DNA of 64,000 nt from NCBI GenBank assembly GCA_003518055.1, contig DOZJ01000003.1, forward strand, positions 2,046 through 66,045, given 5' to 3'. This document shows positions 9,554 to 18,494 of this stretch, one piece after another (position 1 is the first letter of the stretch; every line of letters starts with the position of its first letter). Position numbers and translations under genes: made by a program. This stretch comes from Candidatus Falkowbacteria bacterium. Lineage in GTDB: Bacteria > Patescibacteriota > Patescibacteriia > UBA11705. The notes beneath the pieces were generated by a model that saw only the letters and a program-made list of their open reading frames with translations, was not told the origin of the DNA and ran no database searches.

Positions 9554-9921
9554 GTGAGTGAAAAAGAAGTGTCTGCGCCAATTGCGGCGGAGATTTCATC
9601 TGAACAGAGTGTTGATCGATCAACTGACAAGGGAATAGAGGATATTGAAGCTCTGAGGGCGGATTTGCATCGTCTTTTCGCCAGTCGCCAAAAAAACGTG
9701 GCTAGAAAGCGACAACTTGCTGCTCAGACGGAATCGACCGCGCGCCGGAACATAAAGAACCGGGTTCATGGCAAATGATACGGTCGCTATGGAAGGTGGC
9801 TCCGCCTGACGCCAAGATGGCTCTGCTTGGTGAATTTTTGTTCAATCCTCGCGCGCTTCGCGAATGATATGAAAATGAACAGAATTTTCAGGAGAAAATG
9901 AAAAGACGGTGGACTGAATAA
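9554..9921 (+). pseudogene. Decayed paralog of the 7062..7469 gene (frameshift plus nonsense codon)
   Basis: Frame A (9554-9778) matches the N-terminal half of the paralog (GIEDIEALRADL vs GLQDIERLREEL). The C-terminal block continues in another frame from about 9775 (MIRSLWKVAPPDAKMALLGEFLFNPRALRE*YENEQNFQEKMKRRWTE*). An in-frame TGA at 9865-9867 sits where the paralog has AGA (Arg). Confidence 0.65.
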
Positions 9922-10000
9922 AATTCAAATGGGGATAACTGCTTGACGAAAATTTCAGATTTGATAAAGTTTATTAGTAATTATTACCAATAGAGATCCT

Positions 10001-10540
10001 ATGAGAAACTTAACTTTGGCGTTTATAATTGCGATTGTTGTTGTAGTACTTGGTTTTGGCGTTTGGTTTTATTTCTCCGATAAATCCGAACTGACAAATA
10101 TGGACAATGATTCAGATATTTCGGAAAATGTTGAAACCAAAGATAATGATTCAGCAAATGAGGCAGCAAAAACCGAACCGGATGATAGTGAGGTCACGAT
10201 CAAAAATGATGACGGTAGTTTTAATATAACAGTTGGCGTCAATGGTAGCGAAGATGGTTTTGGAGACGTAAAAGAATTTAATTTGAAAGGAGTGAATTTT
10301 GCTTTTGATGTTAAAGAAATTAAAGTGAAAAAAGGGGATACGGTCACGATCAATTTTATGAGTGAAGCCGGTTTCCATGATTTTGTCCTTGATGATTTTA
10401 AAGTAAAAACAAAACAGCTTAAAGCCGGTGAGACTGATTCAGTCGAATTTGTGGCGGATAAAACTGGGACATATGAATATTACTGTTCAGTCGGGGAGCA
10501 TAGGCAAATGGGTATGGTTGGCCGGTTGATTGTGGAATAA
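10001..10540 (+). CDS. Membrane-anchored cupredoxin (blue-copper) domain protein
   Basis: N-terminal TM helix and an acidic linker. The C-terminal cupredoxin has ligand-like residues (HDFVLDD ... YEYYCSVGEHRQMGMVGRLIV). Confidence 0.75.
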   Translation: MRNLTLAFIIAIVVVVLGFGVWFYFSDKSELTNMDNDSDISENVETKDNDSANEAAKTEPDDSEVTIKNDDGSFNITVGVNGSEDGFGDVKEFNLKGVNFAFDVKEIKVKKGDTVTINFMSEAGFHDFVLDDFKVKTKQLKAGETDSVEFVADKTGTYEYYCSVGEHRQMGMVGRLIVE

Positions 10541-10560
10541 TTACAATTTACAGAAATATA

Positions 10561-10586
10561 AAAAGAACGCGATTGGGCGTTCTTTT
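10561..10586. terminator. Bidirectional terminator between convergent genes
   Basis: Perfect 10-bp stem AAAAGAACGC / GCGTTCTTTT with a 6-nt loop. A/T runs on both sides. Confidence 0.75.
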
Positions 10587-10590
10587 GATA

Positions 10591-10839
10591 TTAACAGAGG
10601 GTCAATTCATCTCTTCGATAGACACCGGTTCCGTGATCATGAGCGACAAAATACCATTTTCGAACAAGTCCCGGAACGACAGCTGTTACTTTGCCGTTTT
10701 TGATGTTTGCGGTTCTGGTTTCCAAATAGGTTGGTTCAAAAAAATCAAACATTTTGACATCATTTACCTCTTTGGTTGAAAGCGGGCGAATTTCAGCTAC
10801 GTCGACATGATCATCTTCTCGGATTCGGATTAAGCTCAT
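10591..10839 (-). CDS. Hypothetical protein (82 aa)
   Basis: An internal ATG at 10839 is preceded by AAGGAGA. The longer track ORF (to 11058) would overlap the opposite-strand BI-1 gene, so I prefer the short form. Confidence 0.5.
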   Translation of the reverse strand: MSLIRIREDDHVDVAEIRPLSTKEVNDVKMFDFFEPTYLETRTANIKNGKVTAVVPGLVRKWYFVAHDHGTGVYRRDELTLC

Positions 10840-10978
10840 ATTTGTCTCCTTGGGGTAGTTGTGGCTTAATTTTGGTGAATTATAATCATGGAATACAGAT
10901 TTGTCAAGTGTGAGCCCTTTACAAAACCGGAAATTTGTTCTATCATATATATCGGACCCATCAACGGAGGGGGCGAAG

Positions 10979-11665
10979 ATGGAACCATTGACCTTTGATA
11001 AAAGGCTAGAGAATGTTCGCGCCAAGAGTGATGCAATGGCTTTGTTTCCTCGAACCATGCTGGTCTTGACGATTATGACGGCGACGGCCGCTTTTGGCAG
11101 TTATGTCAGTTTTGATCTGGTTTTTAGTAGTTGGACTCAGCCGGTTGGGTTGGTTATTGGGTTGTTCGTCATCCTCGCCTGGGCTAATTATCATAGCAAA
11201 AACGATCAGTTGTTTGCTGTGGTTCCGGGCATGTTGTTTGCGTTTGTGTTGGGCTTGATGATTGGACCAGCGTTGGCTATGTACTTTGAACGGCTTGGCG
11301 CGCAGGTGATGGCGGACGCTTTTTTGATGACCATTGGGCTGACGGCAGTTTTTGGCTTCATTGGCAGTTTCGTGTCATTGCCTTATCGCAAAATCGAAGG
11401 AATTTTGATGGCTGCGCTGTTCGGTTTGATTATTGTGGCCGTGGTGACAATCTTTACGGGAATGCCGTCGCATGAATTCAACACGATTTACAGTATTGTC
11501 GGTTTGGTTATTTTCATCGGGTTTTTTATGGTTGATTTCTGGCGATTGAAGCAAATGGCCAAGCATGGAATGAACGGCTGGGGTAATGCCACGATGATGG
11601 CGCTTGATATTTTCTTGGACATGGCTAACGTGTTTCTCTTCATCTTGGCGCTGGGTGATGATTGA
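10979..11665 (+). CDS. Bax inhibitor-1/YccA family membrane protein
   Basis: Seven predicted TM segments. The C-terminal signature resembles BI-1 (ALDIFLDMANVFLFILALG). ATG at 10979 follows GGAGGGGG. Confidence 0.8.
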   Translation: MEPLTFDKRLENVRAKSDAMALFPRTMLVLTIMTATAAFGSYVSFDLVFSSWTQPVGLVIGLFVILAWANYHSKNDQLFAVVPGMLFAFVLGLMIGPALAMYFERLGAQVMADAFLMTIGLTAVFGFIGSFVSLPYRKIEGILMAALFGLIIVAVVTIFTGMPSHEFNTIYSIVGLVIFIGFFMVDFWRLKQMAKHGMNGWGNATMMALDIFLDMANVFLFILALGDD

Positions 11666-11744
11666 AAGAACTTTATTAAAGTTCTTTTTTGATTAAAAAA
11701 GAACGCTTGTTTCGCGTTCTTGCCTTACTGTTAGTGGAAGGTGA

Positions 11745-12023
11745 TCACTTCGCATCAGGTTGGAATTTCCGGTACTTAAAGTATTGGCCAAACAAGATGA
11801 CGCAGAAGATAATACCAAGGCCGTCCGGAATGATCAAGAACCAGGCTTCGATCACGATTGAGTAGATGATGCGGCTGATATAGACCAAGGGTGGCAGGAT
11901 TGTCATGAAGTAACTCAGACCGGCGCGTTTGTCGTGTTTGTTTTTCCTGATTTGGCTGGGTAGGCCAATAACAATCATAATGATGGCCAAAAGCATGGTT
12001 GAAGTTCCGAAGATTTCCTGCAT
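11745..12023 (-). CDS. Small 3-TM membrane protein, possibly PQ-loop/SemiSWEET-like
   Basis: 92 aa with three hydrophobic helices and an LPSQI (PQ-like) motif in TM1. ATG at 12023 is preceded by AGGAGGA. Confidence 0.4.
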   Translation of the reverse strand: MQEIFGTSTMLLAIIMIVIGLPSQIRKNKHDKRAGLSYFMTILPPLVYISRIIYSIVIEAWFLIIPDGLGIIFCVILFGQYFKYRKFQPDAK

Positions 12024-12192
12024 GGTGTCCTCCTGATTGTGACACATAATTATATCATAATAATTAATATTTGTCAATGTTTTGTTTAGATTTAGCCTAA
12101 TATTTAATAATTATCCGAGTTGACGATAAATTTTTTCTCCAGTAAATTATATTAGCGGAGAGTAACCATAACAATTGGAAAGTGAGAGGGGG

Positions 12193-12525
12193 ATGAAAAT
12201 CGGCCAGAAGAGAATTCCCGCGTCTGGTCTTAAATTCACGATCGAAGAAGCGGGCAAAGAGCTTGCTCGAGCGACGGTGTTTATCATGACGAATGATTTG
12301 CATGAAAGACCGTTTGCTTTACTCGAAGATGTCTTTGTTGAGCCTGATCATCGCGGCCGCGGCTTAGGCAATGAATTGCTCAGGAGAATCTTGGCTCGGG
12401 TGCGTGAATTAGATTGCTATAAAATCATCGCTACCAGCCGTTTTGAACGCGGTTCGGTGCATGAATGGTACAAAAGATTGAGTTTTGTTTGTCATGGTTA
12501 TGAGTTTCGCCTCGATCTTAATTAA
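12193..12525 (+). CDS. GNAT family N-acetyltransferase
   Basis: Acetyl-CoA binding motif A is present (VEPDHRGRGLGNELLRRI). Confidence 0.8.
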   Translation: MKIGQKRIPASGLKFTIEEAGKELARATVFIMTNDLHERPFALLEDVFVEPDHRGRGLGNELLRRILARVRELDCYKIIATSRFERGSVHEWYKRLSFVCHGYEFRLDLN

Positions 12526-12627
12526 AAGGATTGTTTAGACTCGGAATCACGGGTCTTTTCTTGACAAAATGGGGGGGCAAATTATGATTAGAAGTCATCA
12601 GTTAACCACTCAAGAGGAGGTTGGATC

Positions 12628-13431
12628 ATGACGCGTGAAGATGCTTTGACCGTTGTGAATCAATATCAGGCTATTGATCGGCGGATTGCCAGATGGGAAT
12701 CCTTCCGGTTTCTTTCTTTGATAACTATTGTGCCTTGGGTCTTGATGACTTTTTTAGGCGCGTTTATGGCTGGCGTTTTTGAAATCGGTTTTTTCTTTCT
12801 GTTTGGATTTGTTGTGGGAATTATTCTGATTATCGTTGGAATGGAAATTCAGTCACGTGTTTTAAGAAAGCTCAAGTTCAAACTCTCATTGTTAACGGGT
12901 GAAAAATGTTTGGTTAAAATTTCGACCGAGCAGGGGAGTGAACAAGCGATTTATTTGGCGGATTATCAGACCGGAGAAATCTTGTGGTCTTTTGATCAGG
13001 CCGACATTCCATTGACAATGACCACACAGCAATCCATGGTAATCCGGGAGTCGGGCGAGGCGGTCATTGATGAAGAATTTCAAAATGAGAATGGAGATTA
13101 TAGCAAGTTCTCTGTTACGGTAGCTTATACTTTGAATGAATCAAAAGATGAGCCGTTGATCTCAAGGTTATATCCGGTTGGCAGTTCGTTTTGGAAGAAT
13201 TTGAATGAATTGTTTGTCGATAGGTTGTCCGAAATCGTTACGCCGTATTTTGAAGAATATAAAAAGCAAACAGAATTTGGCTTTCAGTTTGAATGGATGC
13301 GGAGGTTGGAAGCGGTTATCCGAGAAGTAATGAGTCGGTATGACTATGTGAGAGTGGTGGAAATTCGCTACTCGAGTGAATTGACGCAAAGGCAAGAAGT
13401 GAAGCTGTTCGGGGGATCGGTTGAATTGTAA
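12628..13431 (+). CDS. Hypothetical membrane protein (267 aa)
   Basis: A TTGACA-N16-TATGAT promoter and an AAGAGGAGG SD lie upstream. Two N-terminal TM helices. Confidence 0.6.
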   Translation: MTREDALTVVNQYQAIDRRIARWESFRFLSLITIVPWVLMTFLGAFMAGVFEIGFFFLFGFVVGIILIIVGMEIQSRVLRKLKFKLSLLTGEKCLVKISTEQGSEQAIYLADYQTGEILWSFDQADIPLTMTTQQSMVIRESGEAVIDEEFQNENGDYSKFSVTVAYTLNESKDEPLISRLYPVGSSFWKNLNELFVDRLSEIVTPYFEEYKKQTEFGFQFEWMRRLEAVIREVMSRYDYVRVVEIRYSSELTQRQEVKLFGGSVEL

Positions 13432-13490
13432 ATAATAAAAGATGTCAAAGACGTCTTTTTTTGATTAAAAAAAACCATCACGTTGGATGG

Positions 13491-13697
13491 TTAGACTCCG
13501 GACTGCGGTTTTGACTGTCTGACGGCCCATTTGACGAGCGGATAGAGGAACCCAAAGATGTGGACCTTGAATTTATCTTCTTCGTGCAGGTGGTCAAAAA
13601 TCTCGGGGTGGTCCTTGATCAATTTATAGCCGCGATAGCCGAAGTACAGATTAATCACGATCAATAAAATGAGTCCAACCGTTGTTTCTGGTGTCAT
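13491..13697 (-). CDS. Small membrane protein (68 aa)
   Basis: ORF with GGAGGAAAAA upstream of the ATG. One clear TM helix. Confidence 0.45.
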   Translation of the reverse strand: MTPETTVGLILLIVINLYFGYRGYKLIKDHPEIFDHLHEEDKFKVHIFGFLYPLVKWAVRQSKPQSGV

Positions 13698-13878
13698 TTT
13701 TTCCTCCGGGCGTTGGTGGACTTGTTTTTTGACCTGATATTTCCTATAATGGGATTAATTGCAATTATACCTGAAAATATGATATCGTCAAGTTGTAAAA
13801 TCTCCCCTTTGGGGGACTAAATAGATAGCTTTAAGGTTTAAGATTGATATTTTGATTTTAATATTTATTAATTGATGT

Positions 13879-15150
13879 ATGTTGGATATAAAATTTATCA
13901 GAGAAAATTTGCCGGCGGTGATTGAAGCGGCAAAAAACAAAAATATTACAGTTGATTTTGACAAACTGCTTCATTTGGATGACCAAAGACGGGATTTAAC
14001 GCAAAAGTCTGAGGAATTTAGAATGCGGAAGAATGACGCGTCGAAAAAAATTCCCACGTTGTCCGGCGCAGACAAACAAACACTGCTTGATGAGATGAAA
14101 TCTTTGTCTGACGCACAAAACAAGATTGAAGATCAGCTAACCAAGGTTAAGCACGAATTCAATGACGTGATGCTTTTGGTGCCGATGGTGCCTAGTCAAG
14201 AAACTCCCATAGGTAAAGATGATCAAGGAAACGTGGAAATAAAAAGGTGGGGAGAACCGCGGCAGTTTGATTTTGAATTCACTGATCATATAAAATTGGG
14301 TCGTGATCTCGATATCGTCGACAATGAACGGGCAGCCAAAATCGCCGGCAGCCGGTCGTATATCATGAAGGGCGACGGCGCCAGATTGGAATACGCTCTG
14401 TTGAAGTACGCCATGGATTTTATTACAAGAAAAAATTATACCATGATGAGTGTTCCGGTCATGGTCAATCGTTTCGCGCTTGAAGGTACGGGTTTTTTCC
14501 CGGGAAATGAGGAAGAAATATATGAACTTGAGCGTGACAACAAATTTTTAGTTGGAACTTCTGAAGTGTCTCTCGGCGGCTACTATTATGATGAAATTTT
14601 GGAAGGTGAAAAATTGCCGGTAAAATTTTCCGGTATTTCGACCTGTTATCGCCGTGAGGCCGGCAGCTATGGCAAAGATACGCAGGGATTGTATCGAGTT
14701 CATCAGTTCAATAAAATCGAACAGTTTATTATTTGTCGCAATGACAATAATGAGAGTCAAAAAATGTTCGATGAACTGTTGTCTAATACGGAATTATTTT
14801 TGCAAAGTTTGGGCTTGGTTTATCGAGTTTTAAATGTCTGCACCGGCGATATGGGTAAGGGTAAATATTACATGAACGATGTTGAGTGCTGGATGCCAAG
14901 CCGCAACGGGTACGGTGAAACTCACTCTTGCTCCAATTTGCATGACTTTCAATCCAGACGGTTGAATTTACGTTACAAAGATCAGGATGGCAAAGTTCAG
15001 TTTTGTCACACGTTGAATAATACGTTGGTGGCGACGCCGCGAATTTTGATTCCAATCCTCGAAAATAATCAAAATCAGGACGGTTCAATCACGATTCCGG
15101 AGGTTTTACGGCCATATATGGATAATCAGGAGCGTATTGAGAGAAGATAA
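13879..15150 (+). CDS. serS: Seryl-tRNA synthetase
   Basis: N-terminal coiled-coil arm (MLDIKFIRENL...) plus class II core motifs (FRREAGS-type, TLNNTLVATPR). Confidence 0.95.
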   Translation: MLDIKFIRENLPAVIEAAKNKNITVDFDKLLHLDDQRRDLTQKSEEFRMRKNDASKKIPTLSGADKQTLLDEMKSLSDAQNKIEDQLTKVKHEFNDVMLLVPMVPSQETPIGKDDQGNVEIKRWGEPRQFDFEFTDHIKLGRDLDIVDNERAAKIAGSRSYIMKGDGARLEYALLKYAMDFITRKNYTMMSVPVMVNRFALEGTGFFPGNEEEIYELERDNKFLVGTSEVSLGGYYYDEILEGEKLPVKFSGISTCYRREAGSYGKDTQGLYRVHQFNKIEQFIICRNDNNESQKMFDELLSNTELFLQSLGLVYRVLNVCTGDMGKGKYYMNDVECWMPSRNGYGETHSCSNLHDFQSRRLNLRYKDQDGKVQFCHTLNNTLVATPRILIPILENNQNQDGSITIPEVLRPYMDNQERIERR

Positions 15151-15245
15151 TATACAGATTGTCACGGATATGGTGATGTTTTTGTCTGGCAGCCAACTTA
15201 TAAAAGATGCGGTTTGAATTTTAAAATTACAAAAACAAATAAATT

Positions 15246-16319
15246 ATGAAGAAACTTAAAGCAAACTTCGGCGATCGGTCGTATGAAGTTTTGTACCAAA
15301 AAGGTTTGATAAATAAAGTTGGGGCGTTGGTGAAAAGGATTAAAACTGATAATCTGGCTGTTATTGTTTCTGATTCTTTTTTAAAGAAAACCTATGGTCA
15401 AAAAATTGAGCGCAGTTTAAAGGCGGCTGGATTTAAATTTACTTGGTTTTTGGTATCGAGTGGCGGCGAAAAAAGTCTAAGTGAAGTGGAGAGATTGTAT
15501 CATCATTTTGTTAAATATAAGTCATCACGACGGTCGGCGGTGATTTCGTTGGGTGGCGGTTTGGTTCAGGATTTGTCATGTTACGCATCCGCGACATACA
15601 AACGCGGGTTGAAATTGGTGCAGATTCCAACTACGTTATTGATTCAGGCGGATACGAATTTGGGTGGCTGCGCTGTGGATTTGCCTGAAGGGAAAAGTTT
15701 AGTGGGTGCATTTTATCAACCGAGCTTGGTGATTCAAGACGTAGAATTGCTGCAAAATTTGCCGGAGGTTATTTATCAGGATGGATTGGCGGAGATTATT
15801 AAATATGCCATAAACGCTGATTTTTTTGATCAATTGGAAAAAGATTTTGATAAATTGCTCAAGAAAAATTTATCAACGGTGGAAAAATATGTTTATTTAT
15901 CCAACAAGATCAAATTAAATTTGACTGAAAGAGATGAACACGACTGCCGCGATATCCGAATTCAAATTGATTTGGGGCATACTTTTTCTCACGCGCTTGA
16001 GACAGTAACCGGCTACCGGTTATCACATGGACAGGCGTTGGCTATTGGTCTTCGTGCGGCGGTAATTATGTCTCAAAAACGCGGGTTGCTCAGCGTCTCA
16101 AAACGAGAAAGAATTGAAAAATTACTTTCTGCGACCAATCTGCCGATGTCTGTACCGAAAACAGTCAGATTTGCCAGTTTGATGTCTCATATCAAGACGG
16201 ATAAAAAATGCTATGATAACAAGTTGGTATTTGTGTTAATCAAGGATTTCGGCCGGTTGATTGTGGTTGATAATGTTACCGTTAATGAGGTTAAAAATGT
16301 CTTAAATCAGCTGAAATAA
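15246..16319 (+). CDS. aroB: 3-dehydroquinate synthase-like sugar phosphate cyclase
   Basis: Motifs seen: GGGLVQDL, VQIPTTLLIQADTNLGG and the metal-site block DLGHTFSHALE. Confidence 0.75.
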   Translation: MKKLKANFGDRSYEVLYQKGLINKVGALVKRIKTDNLAVIVSDSFLKKTYGQKIERSLKAAGFKFTWFLVSSGGEKSLSEVERLYHHFVKYKSSRRSAVISLGGGLVQDLSCYASATYKRGLKLVQIPTTLLIQADTNLGGCAVDLPEGKSLVGAFYQPSLVIQDVELLQNLPEVIYQDGLAEIIKYAINADFFDQLEKDFDKLLKKNLSTVEKYVYLSNKIKLNLTERDEHDCRDIRIQIDLGHTFSHALETVTGYRLSHGQALAIGLRAAVIMSQKRGLLSVSKRERIEKLLSATNLPMSVPKTVRFASLMSHIKTDKKCYDNKLVFVLIKDFGRLIVVDNVTVNEVKNVLNQLK

Positions 16320-16450
16320 TCAGGCTTGACAGATGTCTTGTTATGTTATAATATAATTTACCCCATCACCACACAAGAGGAGGACTGAGCATGCCGGTAT
16401 TTCGTTGAGGTTTTGTCACTTTACGGGCCAATAAACAGCTGACAGAACGG

Positions 16451-16726
16451 TTGATTCGAGTGATGGTTCATTTTGGGCAGGAACTTTTATTTGATCCAAA
16501 TCGAGAATCGGGAGAGTCTGGACAGGTGGAAATTGATTTTCCTCGTGATGGCGAACTGGGTGACATTGCGGGGGTGGTCAAGACCAATGGACGCCATGTG
16601 AATTTGGGCGGGCTGTCAGGACTGCACCTGCAAGCTGAAATTGAATCAGACGAAGGTAATTTCAAGGTCAGTTATATGCTGAGTGGCCGTGAGGTATTTG
16701 GCGGCGCATCTTCGATGATTCATTGA
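16451..16726 (+). CDS. Hypothetical protein. It may be the remnant of a longer ORF that starts at 16391
   Basis: The track ORF starts at TTG. A strong SD-ATG at 16391 is in the same frame but is interrupted by TGA at 16406-16408. Hairpin terminator at 16753-16775. Confidence 0.4.
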   Translation: MIRVMVHFGQELLFDPNRESGESGQVEIDFPRDGELGDIAGVVKTNGRHVNLGGLSGLHLQAEIESDEGNFKVSYMLSGREVFGGASSMIH

Positions 16727-16819
16727 CCGGGTTGGTACAGTTAAGTATTTTTAGAGCCAAGGTTTTGGCTCTTTTATAATAAAAAAAACAGCTATATTAT
16801 AGCTGAGGCGGTGTTTGGA

Positions 16820-17224
16820 TCACCCAAATAAATTCATGATGCGAAAAATCATTGTTTCGCGTTTGCAGTTTGGCGGAAAACAGAATTGAGGAGTCTCGCG
16901 ATGTCTAAATTTAGCCCGATTCCAGCATTTCAGTGAAATAGTCACACCAAAGGATACTGAGACGGTGACATTATTAACTTGTTTTACAACGGTAAAGTCA
17001 CGTCCGGATTCATCTTCAGGTGAATTGTGGGGGTGGCGAGTGAAGTTGATAATTAACCCGTTATCAATAAGACCTTGCATCAAGTATTCGATTTCATCTT
17101 CAAGCTGTAATCCTCGAACAGCCATTCTGATTGATCGTCTTCCGTTTAATCCATTCAAATCATCTCGGCTTCGGTGTGGAAGCTGTTTTCGGCGAGCTTG
17201 CCGTTGGGGGAGGAGTTTTGGCAT
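16820..17224 (-). CDS. Hypothetical basic protein (134 aa)
   Basis: ATG at 17224 is preceded by AAGGAGGG and by a TTGACA-N17-TATTAT promoter on the minus strand. Confidence 0.5.
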   Translation of the reverse strand: MPKLLPQRQARRKQLPHRSRDDLNGLNGRRSIRMAVRGLQLEDEIEYLMQGLIDNGLIINFTRHPHNSPEDESGRDFTVVKQVNNVTVSVSFGVTISLKCWNRAKFRHRETPQFCFPPNCKRETMIFRIMNLFG

Positions 17225-17351
17225 CGGCCCTCCTTTGCGCGGTAATATTTTCAACCTGCATTTTTTATAATAAACGATAGGTTAAATGTTGTCAACCCAA
17301 TGAGAATACCATAGTTGTTGTGTAAAATTTCCAATATGTTAAAATTATTCC

Positions 17352-18494
17352 ATGTTGAATATCAAACCAAAAACTTGGCTTGAGCTGAGCCCAGAAAATG
17401 CAAAGGCTAATGTGGAAAATTTCCGTCGAAGAGTGGGGGATAGGGTTTTGATCATCGGTGTGGTCAAATCAAATGCCTATGGCCACGGAGCGCATCAAGT
17501 AGTTGAAATGATCAGGGACAAAGTTGATTATTTGGCTGTGGATTCAATCGATGAAGCCATGGAAATTAGAAATGAGGCCGGTGATAAACCGATATTGATT
17601 TTGGGTTATACTTTGTTTGATAATTTGGAAGTGGTTGTTGAAAATGGATTTGAACAGGTTGTGGCCAATCTTGAGACTTTGACTCGGTTGTCAGCCATTT
17701 CAAACCGCTTGGGGAAACAAGTAAAAATTCATTTGAAAATTGAGACCGGCACCTCAAGGCAGGGGATATTTAGAACAGAGCTAGGCTCTTATCTAAAGTT
17801 AATTCAAGACAATAATAATCTTGTACTTCGAGGCGTATCGACTCATTTTGCCAACATTGAAGATACAACCGATTCAACATTTGCCATGAAACAATTGACC
17901 GAGTTTCGGCTGGCGGTTGAATTCATCGAGTCGCAGGGTTTCTCCGGTTTTATCAAACATACAGCCAGCAGCGCCGCAGCCATTTTATTTCCGGAAACTC
18001 ATTTTGATGCGGTTCGTGTCGGTATCAGTTTGTATGGGTTGTGGTCGGCACCGCAAACAGTGGTGACTTCCGGACAAATTAACAACGGTTTTACTCTCCA
18101 GCCGGTGTTGACATGGAAAACCGTCGTGGCCCATATCAAAACCCTGCCGGCCGGAACGTATATCAGTTATGGCTGCACCGAAAAGGTGGAAAGACAAACG
18201 AAGGTCGCGGTTTTACCTATTGGTTATCGAGATGGATTTAACCGGAAATTATCTTCAATCGGTGAAGTATTGATTCACGGCAAGCGTTGTCGGGTTCTTG
18301 GCCGGGTCTGCATGAATATGATTGTGGTTAGTGTTGATCATTTGGATCATGTTACGTTGGAAGATGAGGTTGTGGTAATTGGTAAACAAGGATTAGAAAG
18401 AATTACAGCCGAAGAAATGGCAGCTAAAATCGGGACGATTAATTACGAGGTGGTAACGGGGATTAACTGGCAAATTGAGAAATTTATAGTGTGA
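17352..18494 (+). CDS. alr: Alanine racemase
   Basis: PLP-lysine motif VVKSNAYGHG and a conserved C-terminal beta domain. Confidence 0.9.
   Translation: MLNIKPKTWLELSPENAKANVENFRRRVGDRVLIIGVVKSNAYGHGAHQVVEMIRDKVDYLAVDSIDEAMEIRNEAGDKPILILGYTLFDNLEVVVENGFEQVVANLETLTRLSAISNRLGKQVKIHLKIETGTSRQGIFRTELGSYLKLIQDNNNLVLRGVSTHFANIEDTTDSTFAMKQLTEFRLAVEFIESQGFSGFIKHTASSAAAILFPETHFDAVRVGISLYGLWSAPQTVVTSGQINNGFTLQPVLTWKTVVAHIKTLPAGTYISYGCTEKVERQTKVAVLPIGYRDGFNRKLSSIGEVLIHGKRCRVLGRVCMNMIVVSVDHLDHVTLEDEVVVIGKQGLERITAEEMAAKIGTINYEVVTGINWQIEKFIV

Noticed and set aside
9865-9867. In-frame TGA codons (9865 and 16406) as evidence for an alternative genetic code (TGA as a sense codon)
   Set aside because: TGA terminates well-delimited conserved genes in this window. 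Examples are mreC at 240-242, alr at 18492-18494, the BI-1 gene at 11663-11665 and the 19722 gene at 20199-20201, each at the expected protein end. The 9865 TGA also co-occurs with a frameshift, which is consistent with decay.
10591-11058. 155-aa minus-strand ORF as given in the track
   Set aside because: Its N-terminal 73 residues overlap the start and SD of the opposite-strand BI-1 gene. An internal ATG at 10839 has a good SD, so the gene is shortened to 10591..10839.
13700-13878. T-box leader upstream of serS
   Set aside because: The upstream region is only about 180 nt and AT-rich. It has one short hairpin (TCCCC-tttg-GGGGA) and no T-box sequence or specifier-loop architecture.
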